Shown in pieces: positions 47,605 through 57,100 of a stretch of DNA of 64,000 nucleotides (within the stretch, counting starts at the first letter, position 1; each line of letters begins with the position of its first letter). This stretch comes from Tagaea sp. Lineage in GTDB: Bacteria; Pseudomonadota; Alphaproteobacteria; CACIAM-22H2. The stretch is taken from contig CBDIIB010000003.1 of assembly GCA_965279525.1 (NCBI GenBank), positions 256,001 through 320,000 on the forward strand, read 5' to 3'. The notes beneath the pieces are model-generated. The model saw only the letters and a list, made by a program, of their open reading frames with translations. It had not been told where the DNA came from and ran no database searches. Both the position numbers and the translations under genes were made by a program.

Positions 47605-48780
47605 TCACACGTACGCCGTCGAGCCGTCGGGCTTCTTCGTGACCTTGCGTTCCCAGTGGATGTAGCCGTCCTTCTTGAGGACTTCCTCGTCGATCTCCAC
47701 GCCCCAGCCCGGACGGTCCGGGCGCAGTTCGAGATAGCCGTCCTTCGGCAGGTAGGGATCGCGCACGTAGGGGGCCCCCTCCGACTTGGCCTTCTGGTCG
47801 TCGTAGTTGACGCCGTGCGGCAGCCGGTATTCGAGAATCCGGAAATTGGGCTGGGCGGCGCTGAAATGCACGTTCACGGCCGTCGCGAGCGGACCCATCG
47901 GGTTGTGCGGCGCAACGGTCACGTAGTGGGCCTCGGCGATCGCGGCGATCTTGCGCATCTCGAGCAGCCCGCCGACCACGCAGATGTCGGGCTGGATGAT
48001 GTCGGCCCCGCCCACGGTGAGCAGGCGCAGGAACTCGAACCGGCTGTAGAGCGATTCGCCCGTCGCCAGCGTGCACTGGAGCTGGCGGCGCACCTCGCCC
48101 CACACCTCGACATTCTCCGGGCGCAGCGGTTCCTCGAAGAACAGCGGGTCGTAGGGTGCCAGAGCGTTGCCGAGCTGGATCGCCTGCTTGGGCTCGAAGA
48201 TCTTGGCGTGGGCGTCGAACGCGATCTCGTAATCCGAGCGCACCGTCTCGCGCACCTGGCGGAAATACTCCGCACTCGTGCGCACGACTTCGCCCCAGCG
48301 CTGCGTGTGGATGTCGCCGCGGAAGGGGCTGAGCTTGAAGGCCGTGATGCCCCAGCCCTTGTTGAGCGCGTCGAGCTGTTCGCGCGCGATCGCCGGATCG
48401 GGGGCGGTGTAGACGCCGGCATAGACGCGGATCTTGTCGCGCGCGTTGCCGCCCAGCAGCATGTAGACCGGCACGCCCAGCGCCTTGGCCGAGATATCCC
48501 ACAGGCAATGGTCGATCGCCGAGATGGCCGCGAGATGCAAGGCACCCGGCGGAAAGCGCGTCTGCTGCAGCAGGTAGAGCATCAGGTACTCGATGCGGCG
48601 CGGGTCCTGCCCGCCAAGGAACGTGGCGAGATACTCGAGCAGCGGCAGCAGCGCCCGGTCGGGGCCGTGGTTGTAGCATTCGCCCCAGCCGGTGATGCCC
48701 TCGTCGGTATCGATCGCGACGATGACGCGCGGGCGGTCCTTGTCGCGCGTCATGAACGCGCGCAGCTTCGTGATCTTCAT
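47605..48780 (-). CDS. Mandelate racemase/enolase-family dehydratase (galactonate dehydratase-like)
   Basis: MKITKLRAF, GWGE, IDHCLWDISAK, AFDAHA, FFEEP, TGE, QPD, APHNPMGP. Confidence 0.88.
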   Translation of the reverse strand: MKITKLRAFMTRDKDRPRVIVAIDTDEGITGWGECYNHGPDRALLPLLEYLATFLGGQDPRRIEYLMLYLLQQTRFPPGALHLAAISAIDHCLWDISAKALGVPVYMLLGGNARDKIRVYAGVYTAPDPAIAREQLDALNKGWGITAFKLSPFRGDIHTQRWGEVVRTSAEYFRQVRETVRSDYEIAFDAHAKIFEPKQAIQLGNALAPYDPLFFEEPLRPENVEVWGEVRRQLQCTLATGESLYSRFEFLRLLTVGGADIIQPDICVVGGLLEMRKIAAIAEAHYVTVAPHNPMGPLATAVNVHFSAAQPNFRILEYRLPHGVNYDDQKAKSEGAPYVRDPYLPKDGYLELRPDRPGWGVEIDEEVLKKDGYIHWERKVTKKPDGSTAYV

Positions 48781-48788
48781 GGGGCGAC

Positions 48789-50120
48789 CTATTTCTCGTG
48801 GAACGCGGAATCGAGGGCCTTGTAGACGGGATTGAGAAGATAGCGCAGCACGGTGCGCTCGTCCGTCTTGATGTCGGCGAGCACCGTCATGCCCGGCAGG
48901 ACCAGATTGCGCTTCGGGTCGTCGCCGACATGATCTTTCTCGAGAGCGACCAGCGCCTTGTAGAAGGCGCGCCCCTGCGCGTCGACCAGCGTGGAGGGCG
49001 ACAGGTACGTGAGCTTGCCCGGCACGCTGCCGAAGCGCGCATAGTCGTAGGTCGATACCTTGACCGCGACGTCCTGGCCGATGCGCACCTGGCCGATGTC
49101 GGAGGGCTGCAGGCGTGCCTCGACGATGAGCTCGCGCCCGATGGGAACAAGTTCGAGCAGCACGCCGCCGGGCGGGATGACGCCGCCTTCGGTGCGCACG
49201 CGCAGCTCCTTGACCACGCCGCGCACGGGGGCGATCACCTGCGTGCGCGCCACGCGGTCGTCGAGGCGCACGCGCGCCTCCTCGACCTGGCGCAGCTCCG
49301 AGGTCACGGCGCCGAGCTCGCGCATCGCGTCGGCCGACAGCCGCGAGTCGAGCTCGACCAGCCGCTGCTCGGCCTCGCCGATGGCCTCGCGCGCGCGCCC
49401 GATATTGACCAGCACCGTCGACAGCTCGCCCTGCACGCGGTTCATCTCGCGCTGCACGTCGAGCAGCGTGATGCGCGAGTTGAGGCCCCGGTCGGTCAGC
49501 GTCTGGCGCATGTCGAGCGCTTCGCCGGTGATGCGGATCTGGCGCTGCAGCGTCTGCTGCTGGCCCAGCAGCGCTTCGAGATCGGCCCTGCGGCCGGCAA
49601 GCTGGCGCTCCAGCACCGCGCGCTGGCTCGAGCGCGCGCGTTCCTGCGTACGCAGGATCGCGGCCTGGTCGGCAGAAAGGCCGACTTCGCCGCGCTCGGC
49701 AAGCAGGGCCACGCGCCCGTCGGCGAACGCGCGCAGGCGTTCGGCCTGCAGGCGCAGGCTCGCCTCGCGCGAGGCAAGCTGGTCGCGCTCGGCGACCGCC
49801 GAGGTCGGATCGATCTCGACGAGTTTCTGGCGCGCTTCCACGATATCGCCTTCGCGCACGTGGATGCGCGCGACGATGCCGCCCTCCAGATGCTGGACGG
49901 TCAGCACGTTGCCGGCCGGCACGATCTCGCCCGGCCCTTGGGCGACCTGCGGCACGACGGTCGTCGATGCCCAGCCCACCGCTAGGAAGATCATCGCGGC
50001 GGCGAGCCACACGGCCGCGCGCATCAGCCAAGGCGCTCCGCCTTCCTCGAGATGGATCGCGAGCGTGAGGTAGCGGATCCGGGACGGATCGGCCGGCAGG
50101 GCCGGTGTCTTCGCGTTCAT
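48789..50120 (-). CDS. HlyD family type I secretion membrane fusion protein
   Basis: TM, VQHLEGGIV, long coiled coil, IAPVRGVV, GGVIPPG, DIGQV, YDYARFG, PGM, YLLNP. Confidence 0.93.
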   Translation of the reverse strand: MNAKTPALPADPSRIRYLTLAIHLEEGGAPWLMRAAVWLAAAMIFLAVGWASTTVVPQVAQGPGEIVPAGNVLTVQHLEGGIVARIHVREGDIVEARQKLVEIDPTSAVAERDQLASREASLRLQAERLRAFADGRVALLAERGEVGLSADQAAILRTQERARSSQRAVLERQLAGRRADLEALLGQQQTLQRQIRITGEALDMRQTLTDRGLNSRITLLDVQREMNRVQGELSTVLVNIGRAREAIGEAEQRLVELDSRLSADAMRELGAVTSELRQVEEARVRLDDRVARTQVIAPVRGVVKELRVRTEGGVIPPGGVLLELVPIGRELIVEARLQPSDIGQVRIGQDVAVKVSTYDYARFGSVPGKLTYLSPSTLVDAQGRAFYKALVALEKDHVGDDPKRNLVLPGMTVLADIKTDERTVLRYLLNPVYKALDSAFHEK

Positions 50121-52312
50121 CTGATGGCTCCGAGGAAGGAAGTCGCGGCATTGTCGCCGGCGGCGCGCATCTGGGCGATGCGCCCGCCGTCGAACGTCGC
50201 CACGCGATCGCAGATCGCAAGATGGCTGGGGCGGTGGGTGACGAGCACGATGGTCTGCTTGCCCTTGCGCCGGCGGAGCGTCTCGATGAGGGCGGCATCG
50301 CCACGCTCGTCGAGCCACTGGCCCGGCTCGTCGAGCAGCAGCACCGAGGACGGGCGCAGGTATACGCGCGCCAGCGCCAGCCGCTGCAGCAGGCCCGCGG
50401 GCAGGCCGCGCGCCGCCTGGTCGCCGAGCGGGGTTTCAAGCCCGAGCTTGAGCGCCATCACGTCGTCGAGAGCACCGGCATCGGCAAGGGCCGCGTGCAG
50501 CTCCTGCGTGCTCGCGGTCGCGGCCGCCAAGCGCAGGTTCTGCGCGATCGTGCCGTAGAACAGGTGCCGGTTCTGCGGCGCGTAGGTCACGGCAAGGCGC
50601 AGCTCGGCCGGCGTCATCTGGCGGATGTCGAGCCCGTCGAGCATCACCGTGCCGGCCTGCGGCTGGTAGAGGCCCGCCATCACCTTGAGCGCGGTCGACT
50701 TGCCCGCACCCGAATGCCCGGCAAGCCCCACCATCTCGCCCGCCTTGACCGCAAGGTCGACGCCGAGGAGTGCCGGTTCGGCTTCGGCCCGGTAGCGCAG
50801 CGAGACGCGGTTGAGCGTGATCTGTCCGCGGAACACGCGCTGCACGACGGCCGGTGCCGCGCGATCCGTGAGTTCGGGCTTGAGGCGCAGGAGCTGGTCG
50901 ATCTGCGCGATGCCCTGGCGGATCTGCGTGAGGCGCTGGAGCGTGGCGATGCCGAGCTGCAGCGGCGACAGCACGCGCCAGGTCAGCGCCATGACGCCGA
51001 CGAGGGCGCCCACCGTCATCTGCGTGTCGATGATGCGCGCGGCCCCCCAGACGAGCACGACCGCACCGGCAAGCATCGTCAGCCCCTGCGCCACCGTCTG
51101 GAGGAGCGAGCCCAGTGCCTGCGCCTTGCGCCCTTCGCCCACGCTTGCGGCCGACGCGGCACGGAAACGCTCGAGCCACGTCTCGGTGGCGCCGATCTGC
51201 TTGATCGCGCGCAGGTTCGACACGATCTCGACCGACAGCGCATGGCGCTGGGCGCGGGCACGGCTGGCGCGCTGGGTGCCGGCCTGCTGGAGGTGGGAGC
51301 CCGCATAGCCGATCAGCAGCAGCAGCGAGCCGAGCACGAACGGAACCGCCACCAGCGGCCCGCCGAGCCACGCGATGACGATCAGGAAGACGAACAGGAA
51401 CGGCAGGTCGAGCGCCACGCCGGCCAGAGGCCCGGTGAAGAACTCGCGGACCGTCTCGAACTCCTTGAGGCGTGCGAGCTGCGTGCCGACAGGCGCGGCT
51501 TCGAGGAAGCCCACCGGCAGGCGCAGCAGATGGCGCAGGACCGCGACCGAGACCAGCCGCTCGACGCGCGCACCCACATAGGCGAGCAGCCGGCCGCGCA
51601 CGCTGCGCATCAGGAAGTCGAAGACGAACACGATGCCCACGCCGATCGTCAGGTCGCGCAGCAGCGTGGGCGACTGGTTGCCGATCACCTTGTCGAAGAC
51701 GGCCATCGAGAAGAGCGGGAAGGCGAGGGCAAGGATGTCGGTGAACAGCGTGATGATCGCGAGCTGGCCGGCGATCGGCCGGAAGCGCTGGGCAAGCCTG
51801 CCGACGAACGAGCCCTGCACGGCGGTCTCGTCGCGCGCGGTCTCGATCGCCTCGACGAGGAAGACCTTGCCGAAGATCGAGCCGGCGACCGCGTCGCGTT
51901 CCTTGGCAGCGATGCCGTCGAAGACGCGCACGCGCGTTCCCTCGCGCGACAGCATCACGCTGGGCCGGCCGTCCGCGTCGACGACGAGGCAGGGCAGAAG
52001 GCGCGCGTCGATCTCGGAGGGGATCTTGTCGTAGGGCTTGGTCGAGTAGGAGAGCTCGGCAAGCACGTTGCGCAAGCCGTCGAGATCGAGCCTTGAAGTG
52101 AAGTGCGGCAGCGCTTCGACCAGCACGCGCGGATCGCCGCGCCAGCCAAGCGCGGTCAGCAGCGGCATCAGGCATGCGGCGAAGGGCGATGCGGCCTGGA
52201 ACGCCTCGAGATGGCCCTGGCGCAGCTCGTCGGCGAGCGTCCCGGTACGCACCACTTCGATGCGCGGCCGGCCGGTGCCGGTTCCGGGCAGGGCGGGAGG
52301 CAGCTCGCTCAT
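50117..52312 (-). CDS. Type I secretion ABC transporter with N-terminal C39-like domain
   Basis: N-terminal FAACL..LL.ALGW domain, VFDKVI, LDLPF, Walker A GHSGAGKST, Walker B LLLDE, H-loop VTHR; signature degenerate (LPAGL). Confidence 0.9.
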   Translation of the reverse strand: MSELPPALPGTGTGRPRIEVVRTGTLADELRQGHLEAFQAASPFAACLMPLLTALGWRGDPRVLVEALPHFTSRLDLDGLRNVLAELSYSTKPYDKIPSEIDARLLPCLVVDADGRPSVMLSREGTRVRVFDGIAAKERDAVAGSIFGKVFLVEAIETARDETAVQGSFVGRLAQRFRPIAGQLAIITLFTDILALAFPLFSMAVFDKVIGNQSPTLLRDLTIGVGIVFVFDFLMRSVRGRLLAYVGARVERLVSVAVLRHLLRLPVGFLEAAPVGTQLARLKEFETVREFFTGPLAGVALDLPFLFVFLIVIAWLGGPLVAVPFVLGSLLLLIGYAGSHLQQAGTQRASRARAQRHALSVEIVSNLRAIKQIGATETWLERFRAASAASVGEGRKAQALGSLLQTVAQGLTMLAGAVVLVWGAARIIDTQMTVGALVGVMALTWRVLSPLQLGIATLQRLTQIRQGIAQIDQLLRLKPELTDRAAPAVVQRVFRGQITLNRVSLRYRAEAEPALLGVDLAVKAGEMVGLAGHSGAGKSTALKVMAGLYQPQAGTVMLDGLDIRQMTPAELRLAVTYAPQNRHLFYGTIAQNLRLAAATASTQELHAALADAGALDDVMALKLGLETPLGDQAARGLPAGLLQRLALARVYLRPSSVLLLDEPGQWLDERGDAALIETLRRRKGKQTIVLVTHRPSHLAICDRVATFDGGRIAQMRAAGDNAATSFLGAIR

Positions 52313-54042
52313 CGGCGCTGCTCCGGCGGGCGTTCGTGGAATTTGCCGTCGCGAAGCTCGTAGACGCGGTCGGCGAGGCGCAGAACCGAGGGCTGGTAGC
52401 TCACGAGTACAAGCGTGCTGCGGCCCTTTAGGTCCTTCAGAAGTTCGAGCAGCCGGTCGTTCGAATCGTGGTCGAGGCCGTTGTTGCCCTCGTCGAACAG
52501 CACGATGCGCGGCTCGTCGACCAAAGCGCGCACGATCGCGATGCGCTGGCGCACGCCGCCGGGCAGCGTCTCGCTCTCGCCGATCTCGGTCTCGTAGCCC
52601 TGCGGCTGGGCCGCGACGTAGCGGTCAAGACCGAGGCGCTCGGAAAGATCGAGGGCGACGTCCACGATCGGGCCGCGCCGGAACATGGTCAGGTTGTCGA
52701 TCAGCGTGCCGTGGAACACGGCCCCCTGGCGCGGAAGGAGGCCGATCTCGGCCGGCGTGGGCCGCGGATGGCCGGGACCCAGCGCCACCCCGTCATAGAG
52801 GATGGCGCCGTTCTTCGGCCGCACGAGCCCGGCAAGCAGGGAGAGCACCGTCGACCGGCCGCTGCCGTTCGCCGAAACGATCGCCACGGTCTCGCCGGCG
52901 GCGATCTTCAGGTTGGTGCCGTTGAGGATCTCCTTGCCGCGGGCATAGCCGAAATCGACGTCGCGCAGCTCGATGCTGCCGCGGTCGACACGCGGGCCGC
53001 CGCTTTTGCCATGGCCGGGTTCGAAGGGGATGTCGGCGAGCGCCTTCAGCCGGTCGCGTGCGATGCGGATGCCCTGGAAGTTCGTCCAGATCCCCATCGC
53101 GCGCATCAGCGGCTGCAGCGTGCGCCCGGCGAGCAGCGAGCAGCAGGCGAGCTGGCCCACGGTCATGTCGCCGGCAAGCACCAGCGTGGCGCCGTAGGCG
53201 AGCACCGCGACGACCGCGAGATTGGAAAAGAGGCTGCCCAGCGTCTGCGACAGGTTCGACAGGTTCGTCACGCGATGCGCGTTGGAGGCGGCCGAATCCA
53301 TCAGCCGTTCGTAGCGCCGCATCATCTGGCGTTCCATCGTCAGCGCCTTGACGGTGGTGATGCCGGTCAGCACCTCGATCATGAAGCTGGTGCGCCGGTC
53401 GTCGGACTGGGCGCGCGCACCGATCGCCCGGCGCAGGAAGCCGCCGACGGCGAGGGCGGCGATCGCGAAGGCGGCGAAGACGGCGACCGTCACCCAGACG
53501 AGCGGGCCGCCGATCACCCAGATCAGCCCGGCGAAGACGAACGCGAACGGCAGGTCGACGAAGATCGTCGCCCCCTGGTTGGCGTAGAACTCGCGCAGCC
53601 GGTCGACCGCACTCAGCCGTTCGAGATGGGCACCGGGCGAATCGCTCTGCACGGCGGTGAAATCGCCATGCAGGAGCCGCTGGATCGCCGCACAGCCCGC
53701 CGCGTGTTCGTAGCGCGCACCGGCCCAGCCGGCGAGCGCGTTGCGCGTGGCGCGCATCAGCCCCTCGCCCAGCAGCACGGTGACGAGCAGGACCACCAGC
53801 AGGACAAGCGTGTCGGTCGCCGCATTCGGGATGACGCGGTCGTAGACCTGGAGCGTGAAAATGGGCAGGGCGGTCCCCAGCACGTTCAGCGCCAGCGAAG
53901 CCAGCAGCAGCGTCGGGTTGAGCGCCATGCGCAGTCCCGCACCCACGGGTATCCGGTCGAATTTGGCCATCGCTGGAATGCTGTCTCGCCTGTAGAGTCC
54001 GTTGGCCAAGATAGGGATCTTCGGAGCTTCGAATACCCCCAT
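52309..54042 (-). CDS. Second type I secretion ABC transporter (no C39-like domain; degenerate Walker A and H-loop); start may be 53970
   Basis: LQVYDRVIPN, VDLPF, Walker A SANGSGRST, signature LPGGVRQR, VLFDE, H-loop replaced by VSYQ; ATGA overlap with partner. Confidence 0.88.
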   Translation of the reverse strand: MGVFEAPKIPILANGLYRRDSIPAMAKFDRIPVGAGLRMALNPTLLLASLALNVLGTALPIFTLQVYDRVIPNAATDTLVLLVVLLVTVLLGEGLMRATRNALAGWAGARYEHAAGCAAIQRLLHGDFTAVQSDSPGAHLERLSAVDRLREFYANQGATIFVDLPFAFVFAGLIWVIGGPLVWVTVAVFAAFAIAALAVGGFLRRAIGARAQSDDRRTSFMIEVLTGITTVKALTMERQMMRRYERLMDSAASNAHRVTNLSNLSQTLGSLFSNLAVVAVLAYGATLVLAGDMTVGQLACCSLLAGRTLQPLMRAMGIWTNFQGIRIARDRLKALADIPFEPGHGKSGGPRVDRGSIELRDVDFGYARGKEILNGTNLKIAAGETVAIVSANGSGRSTVLSLLAGLVRPKNGAILYDGVALGPGHPRPTPAEIGLLPRQGAVFHGTLIDNLTMFRRGPIVDVALDLSERLGLDRYVAAQPQGYETEIGESETLPGGVRQRIAIVRALVDEPRIVLFDEGNNGLDHDSNDRLLELLKDLKGRSTLVLVSYQPSVLRLADRVYELRDGKFHERPPEQRR

Positions 54043-54189
54043 TGAGGTGGCGAGTCGAAGGTAAGATTTCGTTATGGAGGATACATCCCGGAAAGTTCAC
54101 TGTGGACTCAAATCTAAAAAGAATGCATAATTTTATCTATGTACATAAGTATTTGAAATAGAAGCCATTTGCAGAATGCGAACAGTATC
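54043..54189. promoter_or_regulatory. AT-rich divergent promoter between T1SS operon and adhesin
   Basis: Low GC gap; palindrome TATGTACATA at 54138-54147. Confidence 0.55.
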
Positions 54190-57100
54190 ATGGCAGACGG
54201 TACAAGGGACGTTCAAGTCGACGAACTGACGGCGCTTCCGAAGGACGCGAAGCCGGCGGATGCGCCTGCGTCCGAGACTGGCCTGAGCCAGCCATCCGCA
54301 CCTCCGCGCGATGGTGCCCAGGATGCCGCCAGCGCCATGGGCGCCGTCCATTACGGCACCCTGATGGGCGACGAGCGCAGCTATCAGCCCGAAGCGCCGG
54401 CCGCCGACCAGGCGATCGAGATTGCGGCCGGTCCTAGGATCGAAACGACCCGTTCCGGCGGGCTTGAAGAGGCCAACGCCGATGCGCAGGCCGCTGCAGC
54501 GGGCGAAGCCGCCGCCGCCGGTTCGCTGGGCGGCGACCGGACGAGCGAGGGCGGCCAGCAGGTCGCCAATGCGAATTTCACGGCTCGGGGTGCGGAAGGC
54601 GCTGCCGGAAATGCCGCGGCCAATGCCGCAGGCGGTCCTGCTGCGGGCGCCGTCGCGGGCGACCCCGCTGGTGCGCCGGCCGCGTCAGCCGAAACCGCCG
54701 CGCCGGGCCCAGGCGAAAGCGCCGGCACGGGTGGTGCGGTACCGGGTGCTGCCGCGCCCGCGGCGGCCCGCACCGGCGACGTCCTTTCGGGAAATGCCAC
54801 TGGCTCGCTCGAGGCAGCCAGCACGTCCCCGCTCGGAACTTCGTCCGGGTCGGGCAGTCCATCGTCCGCTTTCGGCACGCGGCCAGACATCGTCCAGTCC
54901 GCGGCACCTGTACCAGCACCCGCACCTGCGCCGGTCGCGCCGGCGCCGCCTCCCGTCGTGGAGTTCCAGCCGGCCAGCCAGCCCGACGCGGCAGCCACCG
55001 TCAGTGGGCCGGCCGCCCCCGTCGTCATTCCGGATACTTTCGCAGGCACGCCCGAACTTTCCGTCGCGAACGCAAGCGGCACCGAAGACGGCGCGGTCGC
55101 GCTGAACATCGCGGCGGCTCTCGGCGACAACGACGGCTCGGAGACGCTTTCGGTCACGGTCTCGAACGTTCCGGCGGGTGGCCATCTGACGGCCGGCATC
55201 GACAACGGCGACGGCACGTGGACTCTTGCGCCCGAAGATCTGCCGGGTCTCGCCTTTGTTCCGCCGGCCGATGCATCGGGCACGTTCACGCTGAATGTCG
55301 CGGCGACGTCGACCGAGGCGCTGGGTGGCGCCACGAGCACGCGCACGGCGAGCCTCGCGGTCGATGTCGCGCCAGCGGCTGACGCGCCGACGCTGACAGC
55401 GACCAACGCGACCGGCACCGAAGACGGCGCCGTGGCGCTGAACATCGCGGCGGCATTGGGCGACACCGACGGTTCCGAGACTCTTTCCGTGACCGTCTCG
55501 GGCGTTCCGCTCGACGGCCATCTGACGGCCGGTATCGACAACGGCGACGGCACGTGGACGCTGGCCCCCGGCGATCTTGCCGGCCTCTCTTATGTTCCCG
55601 CTGCCAACGCGAGCGGCACGTTCACGTTGAACGTCAGTGCCACCTCGACGGAAGGTGCCAACGGCGCCACGAGCACGCGCACGGCGAGCCTGTCGGTCGA
55701 CGTGGCGGCAGCAGCCGACGCGCCGACGCTGACGGCGACCAACGCGACCGGCACCGAAGACGGTGCGGTCGCGCTGAACATCGCGGCGGCACTGGGCGAC
55801 ACGGACGGTTCTGAAACACTGTCGGTCACGGTCTCCGGCGTTCCACTGGATGGCCACCTGACGGCCGGCATCGACAACGGTGACGGGACGTGGACGCTCG
55901 CACCGGGCGATCTTGCCGGTCTTGCCTATGTTCCTGCCGCCGACGCGAGCGGCACGTTCACGCTGAACGTCAGCGCCACCTCGACGGAAGGTGCCAACGG
56001 TGCGACCAGCGTGCGCACGGCGAGCCTGTCGGTCGACGTGGCGGCCGCTGCCGACGCGCCGACGCTGACGGCAACGAACGCGACCGGCACCGAAGACGGC
56101 GCCGTGGCGCTGAACATCGCGGCGGCATTGGGCGACACCGACGGTTCGGAGACTCTTTCCGTGACCGTCTCGGGCGTTCCGCTCGACGGTCATCTGACGG
56201 CCGGCATCGACAATGGCGACGGCACGTGGACGTTGGCGCCTGGTGACCTCGCCGGACTCGCCTATGTTCCGGCAGCCAACGCCTCGGGCACGTTTACGCT
56301 GAACGTCAGTGCCACCTCGACCGAAGGCGCCAACGGTACCACGAGCGTGCGCACGGCGAGCCTGTCGGTCGATGTCGCGGCAGCGGCCGACGCACCGACG
56401 CTGACGGCGACCAACGCGACCGGCACCGAAGATGGCGCGGTCGCACTGAACATCGCGGCAGCGCTCGGCGACACGGATGGTTCTGAGACGCTTTCTGTAA
56501 CCGTCTCCGGCGTTCCGCTGGACGGCCATCTGACAGCCGGTATCGACAACGGCGACGGCACGTGGACGCTTGCGCCCGGCGATCTTGCCGGTCTTGCCTA
56601 TGTTCCCGCCGCGGATGCCTCGGGCACGTTCACGCTGAACGTCAGTGCCACTTCGACGGAAGGTGCGAACGGTGCGACCAGCGTGCGCACGGCGAGCCTG
56701 TCGGTCGACGTGGCGGCCGCTGCCGACGCGCCGACGCTGACGGCAACGAACGCGACCGGCACCGAAGACGGCGCCGTGGCGCTGAACATCGCGGCGGCAT
56801 TGGGCGACACCGACGGTTCCGAGACTCTTTCCGTGACCGTCTCGGGCGTTCCGCTCGACGGTCATCTGACGGCCGGCATCGACAATGGCGACGGCACGTG
56901 GACGCTCGCACCTGGCGACCTCGCCGGACTCTCCTATGTTCCCGCCGCCAACGCGAGTGGCACGTTCACGCTGAACGTGACGGCGACCTCGACCGAAGGT
57001 GCCAACGGTGCCACCAACACGCGCACGGCGAGTCTCGCGGTCGACGTGGCGGCAGCCGCCGACGCGCCGACGCTGACGGCGACCAACGCGACCGGCACCG

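Noticed and set aside
47605-50439. Apparent 944 aa fusion ORF ending in the enolase; similar extensions at 41074-43857, 10161-12140, 27424-28977 and 24902-26515
   Set aside because: The N-terminal parts are off-frame read-through of upstream genes; each true gene has its own start and family-typical N-terminus, so no frameshift or fusion is implied
51900-52312. C39 domain suggesting a bacteriocin/RiPP exporter
   Set aside because: The Q-x4-DCG catalytic motif is not present and no double-glycine precursor is nearby; an RTX substrate is adjacent
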